Assembly (NCBI GenBank): GCA_951406725.2
Contig: OX597830.1
Location: forward strand, 42,160,001-42,224,000
Length of the DNA: 64,000 bases
Source of the DNA: Octopus vulgaris
Taxonomy: Eukaryota
Reading direction: 5' to 3'
Shown here: positions 37,969 to 51,729 of the stretch, one piece after another
Position numbering within the stretch: the stretch's first letter is position 1
Layout: every line of letters starts with the position of its first letter
Position numbers and translations under genes: made by a program
The notes under the pieces: generated by a model
The model's input: only the letters and a program-made list of their open reading frames with translations
What the model was told of the DNA's origin: nothing
Databases searched by the model: none

Positions 37969-39813
37969 TGTATATGTATATTACTCTACCAAATGTATTG
38001 AGTAATCCTTCAACTTTATGTAAAATCGTTTTTATTATAACATAAAAACAAACATTAACATATATATTAATTGAAGTTTACAGTATTATATATCCATTTT
38101 GACCAACTTTACCAATTGGTTTTGCACCAGGTGTTCAGTGGAGTATTAGATAACAGCCTCATTATGCAACCCTGTATTCTTCAGAGGTGGCATAATGTAA
38201 CCAATCTATTAACAAATATACAAGTGTAAATTTTTTCTGACTTATGGATTCTTAGGTAGATATATATACATATCTACTACATATGTGGGAAATTCTGTTT
38301 GTGGAGTTGTTAGCTAACTCTTCCTACATCGATTTTGATGAAACTTGATATGTGAGTAGGACTCATACCTGGAAACCTCATGGCATACTCAGATTGTTGA
38401 AAAAAATCGATTACAGGGTCCCTGGAAGGGATCCTTATATATATCTAACATATTTTGTTTTAAAAACCAAGGGAAATAACCCATTAATTTTCCTAAATTA
38501 TTTGGCAAAAATGAAATTGAGTATGCTTATTTCTTAGTATGTGAACTGTTAGAGTTATTTTCACAATTTATCCAGTATTAAACAACTAAATAGTATTTTC
38601 CTAAACAATAGATCCACTTATTTCGGTTAGTAACTTATTCATGAATATACCAACACTAGCGCCGCTAGGAACACAAAAGCCCTTTACTTTGAATTGTTAT
38701 TATCTCATATCTGATTAGCCTGTTATTACATAACATGCTTCATGATTTTAGTGTACATACCTTATTAGTATTTCCTCCTATGTTCTATATACTCTGGGAA
38801 CACATTAAAGCCTTTTTCGGATCTACTTTATTTGAATTCTTACTATCGGGCAACTAATTTCATGTTATTACATAACTGACTTCACAATTTCAGTATTCAT
38901 AATTTATTGGGAATTTATAAAAACAAGATCCTGTATAAGACAATTCGATATTCTCTGTAAATGCACAAAAACTGTTTAAAGGGCTACATATTTTGTATTG
39001 CTGTTATTGGATTTGCGAAACAATTATGAGAATGGAACCAAGGGATAAGTCTTGCTTTCCCAGGAATTACTGGGTATGTCAGCTAGTATATATATGTATA
39101 TATGTATGTATGTATAAAGGATTAAAATCTGTGCTGTATTCTCATGAAACATGTGTGTGTGAGTGTATGTATGTGTGTTTGCATTTGTTTTACCACAACC
39201 ACTTGACAACGAGTGTTGATTTGTCTGTATCTCTGTAACATAGTGGTTTGGCAGAAGAGACTGATAGAATAAATTCCAAAATTAAAAAAAAAAAACTGCT
39301 GTGGTTGATTTGTTTGACAAAACCCTTCAAGGTGGTGCCCCAGCATGGCCACAGTCCAATGACTGAAACAAAGAAAATACAAGAGATTAAGATTAGGGAT
39401 AATTATATTGCATTGTATTACAGAGAAAAGTTTTTCCCTGCACACTTTTATTAAGACAAGACCCCTGCCCTGCCCCTCCCCCAAAACTACACCTTAATGT
39501 AATACAGTTTTATTACTTATCAGGGGATTGTTTTTTTTAATTTGTTATTATATATCAGTTTTGTACTGTGTGGGGACCAACATGTCAAAATCAAAAGAAC
39601 AGACCCAATGTTTCCTTGGTGTGTCGTAAAAGTCAAATAAAAGACGGATTTGCATTCTGACCTCATAAAACTCTCACCAGCAATCACTACCCCAAACAGA
39701 CCCAAGGGCTGGAGGGTTGTTACCTGAGTGGTGCAAAGGTGTTATCTGCCAGGAATAGGAAATTACCAACAAAAGGAGGATGCGGTGGTATGCTGTTACA
39801 GAACATGCTCCCA

Positions 39814-39852
<39 letters not shown>

Positions 39853-39944
39853 AACCAACACCCCCACCACCACTTTATACACCCCCCCACACACATATAT
39901 ATATACACACACACAAACTTGTTATCAGTTCAAATATGTTTCAG

Positions 39945-40462
39945 GCATATTTGAACTGATAATTTAAATGTAAGAAAACCATTTACTGCATTTTATCACG
40001 GAGAAAATTTCTTGTTGCAGACAGATAGGTGCAAAGACACCAAATCAGTTTGAAGTGCTCCTTACCCAGACTGATGGATGCATGCATTTGAGAGTTGTTA
40101 TCTCCTCTTCAGCATCAGACACTGAAAAGAGTGATGATTCAAACTGACAAGCAACAGATCTCTCTTATATTCCAGTTAAAAGTACAATAACTGGCTGTGC
40201 TAATCAGCAGCTCAGTTATAAGAAAATATGGACTAGAATCACTGAGCAGTGATGTGAACAAATATAATTTGTTTACTAGTTCACATGCTTGAAGTTTACA
40301 TGCTTGAAGCAAATTTGAACCTGTAAGAAATTCATTCACTGTATTTTGTCAGGGAGAAAATCTTTCTCTGTAGACAAATAGGTATAAATACACAAAGTTA
40401 GTTTGAAGTGCCTCCTATCCAGACTGATGGATGCATGCATTTCTTAGTAGTTAACGCCTCTT
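39945..40462. repeat. Diverged direct duplication of about 155 bp
   Basis: 39945-40110 versus 40309-40462 share ggagaaaat, agtttgaagtgc and ccagactgatggatgcatgcattt. Confidence 0.8.
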
Positions 40463-42840
40463 TGGGAGATAACTCTTTGAGCAAGAAAGAGTTGATGGGG
40501 TCCCATGCACTTTATCTCTACCACATTTAATTCACAAAGCATTGAACAACTTGAGGCTGTAGTTGCCCAATATACCATGCAGTGGGATTGAACCAGAAAC
40601 CACATGAGCATGACATAAACTTCTGAATCTCTCAGCTACATGTGACTAAATTATTATAAAAATAAAATGAAGATATACACATGCTGAAAGTTGACTAAAC
40701 ATTTCTTGTTTTAATATTTTCCAAGTTATTTGGGATTTCCTGTTGATCTTGTTGCTTGTGTGGATTTAAAATGGCCAAATTGATAAGATACTGAGATACC
40801 AACTCATAGGTCAGGGGTTCAAATTCGCAGCAGGCATTTTACTGTGTCTTTGAATACAATACCATATTTGACTTTACTTCATGCCATTTTGCAGTTAAAA
40901 ATAGGTATTTCACTTACAACAGGATGGTATCCAACAAACAGAAAGATTATTTCATATCCACTTCTCAGTATGAAACCTGATCTAAGCACCAGCTCTCTGT
41001 GTAGTTGCTGAATCTGCTAGAAATAGCAGCCAAATCTCACACAAATCATGCATTGTTGTCTTAAATAAAGAAGTGTACATTAGACAATGTAATCCCTGAT
41101 AAACATGAAAAGCTGGGATGCCTTTGATCATAGATTTACTCAATGAAGGGCTAAACAACAGCAGCATTGACAACAGTCACCACAAACTGGGGCTTAACAA
41201 TAAAAACTCCTCAGGTCTTAGTGGACCTTATATTGTCTTATGTTACATCAAGTCAATTATCCATTGACCCCTTCCTTTCCAAGCAAATTCAAGGTCTCAT
41301 ACCAGGGGAGGAAATTATTATAAACAAGAGACATATTTAGCTTTGCCTAATTCTTCTTAACTTGAGATTGTAGGAAATAAGAAGAAATAAGAAGATTTGC
41401 ATTCTGCAATGCTCTTTCAGTGCTTGTCTATGTCTTTTATTTAAAAGTTAATGGATTCAGAACAGTATTAGAATGTTTTAAAACAAAACTGTTACATAAA
41501 TGTTGATTTTTATGTCTACAAGTCACTTCTCAGCTTTAAATATCTTTCAAAATAAGTATTTATTTAAAAACAAAATGGGACTAAGACTCATGCAAGTTGA
41601 GATAAAAACGAAATATTGAAAATCAATAATTATGTTCGCTATCTGTCATTTTGTTATAGATAAAAAAAAAGAAAAATAAGAGAATGTTATAAAAGACCAC
41701 AGCTAACATAGACCATTTCTATTCTGAGAGATTTGATTGTTGATAGACATAAAATTACTTGCACAGTTGAAAAATCTCTCTGAAAATATATTGCTTAATC
41801 CTAATGCCAGCTTATCGAAAATGGTCGCAATCACGAGACATCACAAATGGTCTAATTGCTAAAAGAATTCAAAAGAGAGAAATGGTTGGCTAGATGCTGC
41901 AGCTTATATGAATGTAATATCATTTTTGTAGCTGCATTTGACATTCAATAACATGTTAGTTGGTGCATTATATACATCATGAAGACACTCACACGCGCAC
42001 ATTACATAAGAGACTTGAGGGAGCTGCCTCACGTCCATTATGATAATGTCTGTTAAAATGACAATATTCTCTGCAACAAAGTTGCATATCACTGTCGCTG
42101 TACCATTGACATATTGTACGGAATGGGTTTTTTTCATGATTCCTTATTCCTCTCTTATTGAGAAATGAAATAAAGAATGATTCCACAATGAGAGGAATTA
42201 GGAGAAAAATCGCATTTTAAATATATTTATTCTAAGTAAGAAGCATCAGCATTCACACATTACCTTTGCAGTTTCTCCTAAATTGGTGAGGTTAATATAA
42301 TTGATGTTCAGTTTGGAATTCCACTGAATGATGTAAGCAAATTCTTCAGATTCATGTGAAATTCTACTGACGCATGTTAGGAAAACTGACCATCATCTTT
42401 TTACAGGTGACAATAGAGTCTCCAGCTAGTGACCGATTAACAAATTCACCTCTGTGCAATTGATTAAGTAACAGTCTCACTGATGACAAATTATTATTTA
42501 ATGTCACAGTTTCAATAAAGAGTTAAAAAACATAAAAATGTAAATACTTATTAATCATAAAATTTATTTTGAAAACATTGATAAAACATTAAAAGGATTT
42601 TTAAAATGAGATGTTATGAGCTAAAGCTCTTAAACATGGAACAAGAGACTCATTAAGTTTGCAGTGTTTGTAGTTCACAAGTGGCACTTTATTCTTTTGG
42701 CACAGTTTGCAATATTTTTGTCTCTCTAAAGAAGGTTTTTTTAATATTCAATGAATTTCTGTAGGAAAATTACAACTTGGGAATTTTCCAGACATGTATG
42801 TGAACAGAGAGGAAATTCTCAAGAATTGCAGCTTTTGATG

Positions 42841-42906
<66 letters not shown>

Positions 42907-42924
42907 CACAGGGAAGTGGGGGTG

Positions 42925-43133
42925 GGGAGAGAAAATTCCTGGCTTTGGGTAAAAGAAAGTACAGGAGGATCAGTTAATTATGATTTTGTTCAACATATTC
43001 CCCTCTTAGATTCACACACTTATTGCAGCAGTCCTTTAGTATTTCTAAGCCCTGTAAAAAAACTCAGAATGTTGGACCTCCAATCGGGCATTTTGTGATA
43101 TCCTTGAAGCAAGGATTTTTTGGCACCCTCTCA
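42925..43133 (-). mobile_element. Mariner-derived MITE
   Basis: Reverse complement of the family at 1-200 and 24375. Confidence 0.75.
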
Positions 43134-43235
43134 TGTATTTACCTACTTCATATATATATATATATGTATATATACATGCATACACATATATGTATGTGTG
43201 TGAGAATATATATATATATAAATGGGGGAGGCCAG

Positions 43236-43350
43236 TTATGGGGTTACTCTGGATGAGAAACCCAGGGTAATCCCATAAATCCATTTATATATACACTGCT
43301 CTACATCTTAGAGTATGCTTCTTCTCCAGATAAATATTTTCTACAAACAA
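43236..43350 (+). mobile_element. 5'-truncated family B HHR element with an inverted stub
   Basis: GAAAcccagggTAatccca and the tail match 25242-25345; preceded by an inverted copy ttatggggttactctgg. Confidence 0.7.
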
Positions 43351-44680
43351 TATATATATATATATATTAGAGAGAGAGAGAGAGAGAGATTTTTATGAAG
43401 CAGGTAAATATTAACTGCTGGTAGAGACACTGCAACCCTGATATACTACGAAGTACATTAAAGGCTTTATAAGTCAATATCATGTCCTACCTGTGTTAGC
43501 AGTGCAATTAAATGACTTTTTAAAGTTATCTCTACAGATTTTCTTTACGGACTAGAGCCAGCACTGAAAGTTACATTTCATATATGAATATGTCTATGTA
43601 AACAATATGATCAAAGCTACAAAAATAGGTAATGGGTGTGTATGGACATTTCAGGAGTTAATGCTCCTTCCTCCACATCATATCCAAATCATTAACCATC
43701 CACAAACACATTGCTTGAATAGCCACCAAATATAGAATATCTGTAGAGATCATTTTAAAAGGTGAAACAGGTAAAATATCTGAGCCTGATATTGCTAAAG
43801 GGTTAAAGAATATTGTGAAATATCAATCAACATTTAATGAGTATTGATTGATTATTTTAAACTTATTAGGCTTCTTCATGTATAATACTTTACCTGAAGT
43901 TGCCACTTACATACCAGCTTAATTTCACTAGCATCACAATCTCTCCTCTATCACTTATATCCAATTCTCTAAAAATCCTACGGTTTAAGATACAGTTAGT
44001 CTGCTTTACTCCATAAGGAGCATAGGGATGGTTTCTTGGTTTCTCTGGTGTATATATTTCTCCCTGGAGAATGATCTGAAGCAGTGTGGAATGAAATGTC
44101 TTGCTCAAGGACACAACATATCGTCCAGTCCAATAATCAAAACCACAATCTTATGATCACAACTCCTACACCCCAACGACTAAGCCCTGTGCCTCCACAG
44201 GCTTCAAGTTGTAGCACGTTTGAATTCTAAGAATAAGACATAATGACATACTTATTGTAAGGAGTTCTTTCAGCTATTGCTTAAGATAAAAGACGATTAT
44301 TTAAATGAATATATATTTCTGAAAAAAGGTCTTGCTAAAAGAGTTAAGCACACACATACACACATGAAGATGTTGCTAATTCTATTTGAAATTTTTGATT
44401 AGAAGATGTAAAAAATGTAGTCAAATTTAGAAATAACTTATTTTGGTAAAGTCCAGGGGGTAAAATTGTTGTTTTGAAATGATAAGAATTTCGTCTGCTG
44501 TGTTCATTGAAGGATAATATATTCCAGCAACCAAGATAATCATTTTACTAATCAAAGAGTATAAATTTATACATACATGCACACACATACACGTACATAT
44601 TTATATATAGATTATTATACATATTTCATAGATAAATGTATATTTACATACATGTCCCACCCATGTATGTGTGTGTGTGT

Positions 44681-44940
44681 GAAGGTGCATGGCTTAGTAG
44701 TTAGGGCATTTGCCTCATGATCATAAGGTTGTGAGTTCAATTCTCACTGACATGTTGTATCCTTGAGCAAGACACTTTATTTCACATTGCTCCAGTCCAC
44801 TCAGCTGGCAAAAATGAGTGGTACCTGTATTTCAAAGGGCCACCCTTGTCACACTCTGTGTCATGCTGAATCTCCCTGAGAACTACTGTGGAGTGCTCAG
44901 CCACTTGCACATTAATTTCATGAGCAAGCAGTTCTATTGA
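44681..44940 (+). mobile_element. tRNA-derived SINE family 3
   Basis: ggtgcatggcttagtagttaggg...gagttcaattc...ccttgagcaagacactttatttcac; a minus-strand copy lies at 47310-47632. Confidence 0.8.
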
Positions 44941-45290
44941 TATATATATACCCATTTAGGCACACGTGTCAGTGTGTGGTAAGAAGTTTGATTCCATACC
45001 ACATGATTCAAAGTTCAGTCCCATTGTGTGAGACCTAGGGCAAGTGACTTCTACTACAACTCTTGGCAGACTAAACCTTTGTCAGTGAATTTGGCAGACA
45101 GAAACTGAGACAAGCCTGTCATATATATATATATCTTTTATTCTTTTACTTGTTTCAGTCATTTGACTGCAGCCATGCTGGAGCACCGCCTTTAGTCGAA
45201 TCAAATCGATCCCAGAACTTATTCTTTGTAAGCCTAGAACTTATTCTATTGGTATCTTTTGCCGAACCGCTAAGTTACAGGGACCTAAAC

Positions 45291-45587
45291 ACCGCCATAC
45301 TCACCAGACCTCTCGCCTACTGACTACCACTTTTTCAAGCATCTCAACAACCTCCTGCATGAGAAATGCTTCAAAAACAAAGACAATGCCAAACAAGCCT
45401 TCAACGACTTCATCGCCACCAGAATGCAGGATTTTTACGCTATTGGCATAAATAAATTTGTTTCACATTGGCAAAAGTGTGCTGATTCTGATGGTGTTTA
45501 TTTTGATTAATAAAGTTTTGCTTGAGCCAAGATATGTGCATCTGAATTTAAAGGTTAAAAACCACAAGAACTTTCTTGACAACCTAA
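45291..45587 (+). mobile_element. Mariner transposase C-terminal fragment with right TIR
   Basis: PPYSPDLSPTDYHFFKHL...WQKCADSDGVYFD* followed by ...ctttcttgacaacctaa|ta. Confidence 0.9.
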
Positions 45588-45796
45588 TACATATTTCTGA
45601 CGTGAATTTGCTACCCAGGTAACGATTAACCGAATTATCCATACTAGGATAATTCATTCACCTACTTATATATATATATATATACAATGGGCTTCTTTCA
45701 GTTTCTGTCTACCAAATCTACTCACAAGGCTTTGGTCGGCCTGAGGCTATAGCAGAAGACTGAACCTGAAACCATGTCATTGGGAAGCAATATATT

Positions 45797-45850
<54 letters not shown>

Positions 45851-47099
45851 GACACAAATGTGTCAATCATTTCGGGGATAGTGAATTAGATTGACACCAG
45901 TACATAACTGGTACTTAATTTATCGACCCCGAAAGGATGAAAAGCAAAGTTGACCTCCACAGAATTTGAACTCAGAATATAAAGACAGGCAAAGCATTTT
46001 GTCTGGCGTGCTAACGTTTCTGTCAGCACACTGCCTTATACAAATATATACATTAAATATAATTATATATATCCAGATATGTATATGTATGTATATAAAG
46101 ACATATATATGTATATATTCTTTTATTTGTGTCAGTCATTTGACTGCAGCCTTGCTGGAGCACTGCCTTTAGTCGAACAAATCAACCACAGGACTTATTC
46201 TTTGTAAGCCTAGTACTTATTCTTATTGGTCTCTTTTGACGGACATGAGCTCACCAACATTGGTTGTCAAGCGATGGTGGCAGGACAAACACAGACACAC
46301 AAACACATACACACACGGCGGGCTGCTTTCAGTTTCCATCTATCAAATCCACTCACAAGGCTTTAATTGGCCCGAGGCTATTGTAGAAGACACTTGCTCA
46401 AGGTGCCACACAGTGGGACTGAACCCAGAACCATGTGGTTGGTAAGCAAGCTACTTACCACACAGCTGCTCCTGTGCCTATATATATATATATATATATA
46501 TATACGCACACTCACACAAACATAATATTAAACCATGATCAGCATTATCATCAGCATTCTCCTTGATGCTGCCATGGGTTGGACAGTTTGACAGGATCTG
46601 ATAGGGCCAAGAACTGTACTGTGCTTTAGTGTCAGCTTTAGTATGGTTTCTATGACCGGATGCCCTTCCTAATGACAACCACCTTACAGAATGTAGTGGG
46701 TGCTTTTGTACATGCAATCTGCCATTCAACCAGCAAGATAATGGAGGAGGTGGAGTATGGGTTGTCAGCTTCATGTTAGTGGATGAGAAGTTAAAGAATG
46801 GGAGAAAGTGGGATCAGAGCAGCTTCTTGTAGAGCTTAAGCATGGCTATTCGCGTTTAGTAGGAGAAAAAGTGACAGAGAGGAGAAAGATGCTCAGTATC
46901 TATAATTTTTATATGTATAAACATACATACATCATCATCATCATTGTTTAACATCTGTTTTCTATGCTGGCATGGGTTGGACGGTTTGATGGGAGCTGAC
47001 CAGGCAGAAGACTGCACCAAAATTCTGAGTCTGTTTTGGCAAGGTTTTTATGGCTAGATGCCCTTCCTAACACCAACCACTGAGTAGAGTGTAGTGGAC

Positions 47100-47188
<89 letters not shown>

Positions 47189-47197
47189 CATATAAAC

Positions 47198-47229
<32 letters not shown>

Positions 47230-47733
47230 ATATATATATATGTATAATGTATGCATGCATATAAACATAAATATATATACATATATACAAACATATAAAA
47301 AAAAAAAAGTAGCACTCCATTGGTTATGATGACGAGATTCCCAGCTGATACGATCAATGGAACAACATGCTCGTGAAATTAACGTGCAAGTGACTGAGCA
47401 ATCCACAGACACGTGTACCCCCTAACGTAGTTCTCAGGGAGATTCAGCGTGACACAGAGTGTGACAAGGCTGGCCCTTTGAAATACAGGTACAACTCATT
47501 TTTGCCAGCCGAGTGGACTGGAGCAATGTGAAATAAAGTGTCTTGCTCAAGGACACAACGCATCACCAGGAATTGAACTCATGACCTTACAATCATGAGC
47601 CAAATGTCCTAACCACTGAGTCACATGCCTTCACAAACATATATTCATAAATATATATACACACAAATATAAGTATATAATCTTGCCAATGTGTGTACAC
47701 ACACACACGTGAACATGATACCTCTCTCTCTCT

Positions 47734-47783
<50 letters not shown>

Positions 47784-48968
47784 TTCTATATATATATATA
47801 TACATACATATATATATATATATACACACACATACACACATATATACACACACACAAAAGCACATGTGCACACATGTGCGTACACACACACTGGCAAGAC
47901 AACAAAACTACTGGCAGTAAAAATTGAGACGTATTAAGCCGGAGGTATCAGACATTAATTTCGAGTTAATTCTTAATCAAATAAAGAATGTAATGAAAAT
48001 GGTCATTTTCTATTATTGTTTAAAATTTATAATGCTCTGCGATTATATTTACTAAAGAATTCTCAAAATAAAAATAGATAAAAGTTGTCAAAAATAGCAA
48101 AGTCAAGATGGTAGATAAAAAATATGAGTTTGGAAGATATGAAATTTTCCAATATTTATGACACTGGCATAATTCTGAGTTTGACTTTATTTAGCAAGAA
48201 TAAAAATATTATTTGTTTATTTATTTATTTGTTCTACCACTTTGCTGGAAACTGGGTCTTTGGTGTTGCTTGCATTACATTGCTACTAATGACCTCTATT
48301 ATTCCTTCTTTATATCTTCATCATCATTTAATAACTGTTTGGGTTGGATGGTTTGAGAGGAGCTGGCAAGTCGGAGGGCTATACCATGACCCAGTCATTG
48401 AGTTCAAATTGCGCCAAGGTCGACTTTGCCTTTCATCCTTTTGGGGTCGATAAATAAAGTACCAGTTTCCCACTGGGGTCGATGTAATCGACTTAATCCC
48501 TTTGTTCTTGTTTGTCCCCTCTATGTTTAGCCCCTTGTGGGCAGTAAAGAAATACATTTGTGTCTATGATTTGATGCTCTTTTTTATGCCAACCACTTTA
48601 CAGAATGTATTGGGTGCTTTTCATGTAGTGCCAACATGGGTGCTTCTTTACATAGCACTGGCACAGGTACTTTGCATGTGGTGCCAGCACAGGGTATCAA
48701 CATTTATTTTTTATTTGGTGGGGGGTACAAACACAGATACACAAACACATACACGCATACACACACACACACACACACGCATATATATGATGGGCTTCTT
48801 CCAGTTTCCATCTACCAAATCCACTCACAAGGCTTTGGTTGGCCCAAGGCTATAGTAGAAGACACTTGCCTAAGGTGCCACGCAGTGGGACTGAACCTGG
48901 AACCATGTGGTTGGGAAGCAAGCTTCTTACAACACAGCCACTCCTGTGCCTATATAAATGATATCCTT

Positions 48969-49085
48969 TAACAAGAATAGCATCAACGATGACTTCGAAG
49001 TTTTGGCAAGCTTAAGCAATCATTAGACAGTCTGATGATAAGTTAACCAGCCAAAACTTCAAAATCAATGTCAATACTGTTGTTA
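48969..49085. ncRNA. Head-to-head inverted pair of decayed hammerhead motifs
   Basis: Centre atcattagac-a-gtctgatgat; minus copy CTAATGA...gccAAAAC ttcgaa GTC, plus copy CTGATGA...gccAAAACttcaaaatc. Confidence 0.5.
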
Positions 49086-49300
49086 ATTAAAGAATAATAA
49101 ATTTGTACTCCACAGAAGTATGGAGTAATGGAGCAATCCTTCAGGTTAATATAAAATTGTTTATATAACTGAACATAAAAACAAACATTAATATATATAT
49201 ATATAGGGAGAATTCACAAAAAAAAACCAACAAAAGATGAAGACAGGTGGTATAGACAACAAACAGATGTATTAGTTTAACGCTTGAGAAATGAAAAAGT

Positions 49301-49336
49301 CTTTAACCTTTCGAGCCTACAATCTTCCACAGAAAG
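49301..49336 (-). ncRNA. Family A hammerhead-like motif, decayed
   Basis: cttt-CTGTGGA-a-gatt gtag gctc-GAAAG GTT-aaag. Confidence 0.5.
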
Positions 49337-49373
49337 AAACAATGAGAGAAAATAAAGAATGTGTAGTGGTTAG

Positions 49374-49412
<39 letters not shown>

Positions 49413-50255
49413 CATACATACACACAGATAGATCAATAGAAACATAATATATATACATAAAATATATATATGATATGCATATAGTACACATACATTTATT
49501 ATATATTAGATATATTTACATGTATGTATGTATGTGTGTGTGTATATATACTTCACTAATGCAACATCAACCACTATCATATTCTGTAATTTGAATTGAG
49601 GATTATTGCTATTCTCTAGTGACCAATTTTTTTTCTCTGACCTCCAACTGGTGTTAGCATTAACACTAAGAATCCATCAATGGCTACAGCTTTATCCTGG
49701 TGCAGAGACAATAATATAACTTCAACAAATAAACAAATAATTTAATAAATGTAAATAAAAACAAAAAATAAATGAGGGAAAATAATCATCGTTTTAAGTT
49801 GGTTCTTTCATGAATACTTGAAAGATGTCTTAGAAATCATTTTCTGTTTTGTTTTCTTTTTTATGATATTTATAGAATATTTTCTTATAAGCCGTGTTTT
49901 TAATCTATGTTATAGTTCTCCTAGATATATATTTTTTCTCTCTCTGATGACTCTCCTTGAACAAGACAGCCATCTTTAATTGTGGGTAATTTTCTTGCAC
50001 AACTACACAACTATTTTGGATTTCTCTGAATCTATACATAGAGATGTTAATATGGTGCCGTTTTTTTTTCCCTCACTGACTGTAAACAAATTTGATTAAA
50101 AAAATGGGAAAAATGTCCCTGTTTTATACCTACATTAAATATGTATGCATTTGTGTGTGTATGTCTATCTATCTAACTATCTATCTATTTTACACCCATC
50201 TGTATGTGTTTGTGTATAAGTATACACACTCACTCATTCATAATTACAAGTAGAT

Positions 50256-50300
<45 letters not shown>

Positions 50301-50864
50301 GATAGATAGATAAGTAGACGGATAAATAGACAGACAGACAGATAGATAGATAGATATTCACATATGCAATATATACTCAGGCACACACAGACTACTGACT
50401 ACATTATTATACACAAGTTCAGATCTTACTACCATCCAATTCATGGAATTACTTCTATGCAAGGTACCAAACTCTGCTTTCTCTAGTTTTGGATGGTTAA
50501 CAGACATCAAATAGAAAAGGCATATCACTGTAAAGAAACAATTGCTGCCATAATTAAAACAAACATAGAGAAGCAGATTGAAAATAATACTTAAATGAAT
50601 AAATAATTAGATCCTTTTGATTATTAATAAAGGAGAATGCAGCTTTATCCATAGATGAATTGTGTTGAAATACTCCAAGGTGCAAGCATGACTATCTGGT
50701 TAAGAAGTTCACTTTCCAACCAAGTGGCTTTTGGTTCACTGTGTGGTACCTTGAGAAAAACCTTGGGAGTGGATTTGGTAGGTGAAAACTGTCAGGAAGT
50801 CCAGTGTGTGTATGTGTGTATGCATGCATGTGTGTGTTTGTCTATATATATATATATATTTTTA

Positions 50865-50992
50865 TTTGTGGGTTAACAAGGCAACCAATTGTTTCATTCA
50901 AACAGATTTTCACAATTATTCAAATGTATCACATGGAAGTGTTGCTATTGATCTTCATTTTGGAGCTATTGGTTGCCTTGTTAACCCACAAA
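50865..50992. repeat. Perfect 25-bp inverted repeat with a 78-nt spacer
   Basis: tttgtgggttaacaaggcaaccaat (50865-50889) / attggttgccttgttaacccacaaa (50968-50992). Confidence 0.9.
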
Positions 50993-51729
50993 CAAAGAAT
51001 ATTTATCCACCAATGTGGGGTTGAGCACTCATTCCCACTGTCTGATATTAGCATTGAGAGTGCCTTGATTGTAACTAAACATGTTCACTCAACCATGTTG
51101 ATCTTCATTTTAGGTGCAAATATACTGTCATGTAGCAGGAAATCTACAAAAGGTTCTAAACTTAATCAGGTGTTCATTCTCTACAAACAATTGACTGAAA
51201 ACATTCAGAGCATTAATTGTTTGGTGCTGTGGACAGACATGTTCAGTCAACTGTGTCAGCCTTAACTTACCACACCAAATATTATCACTTGATACTAACA
51301 CATGGTCATAGCAGGGAACCTACAAACATTTCTAAGATCAGTCATGTGACTATCCTTTACCAGTCAAATCCTATTCATAACATATACTAATTTGAGCCAT
51401 GAACTCCCTTTAAAAATAGAGAAAGCTTCAAACACTCTTCAGAAGCAAGACAGCTGTGACATAAGCCATGTCTTTTTCTATTTGAACTTTTTGAAAATCA
51501 GTGTAAACTGTGAAACTGGTTAACTCTTTAAATATAATAATAAAAAAATATTTTAAATATTCCCAGTGGCTTTTCAACTTCTATTTTACCTATATTTCTA
51601 CCCATGCTAAATAAAATAACTTTGTTTTACCTGCCTGCCTGCCTACCTGCCTACCTACCTATCTATCTATATATGATAGATCGTTAGCCGCTACACACAT
51701 TTTTTCTCTCCTTGTTTTTTTCTGTGTCC

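Noticed and set aside
41890-41941. Hairpin tgcagct...agctgca resembling a pre-miRNA
   Set aside because: Only about 15 weak pairs with several G-U and mismatches; no known mature sequence recognised.
47593-47927. ORFs rich in YI/CV/HT dipeptides here and across the window
   Set aside because: Stop-free (TA)n and (CA)n microsatellite artefacts.
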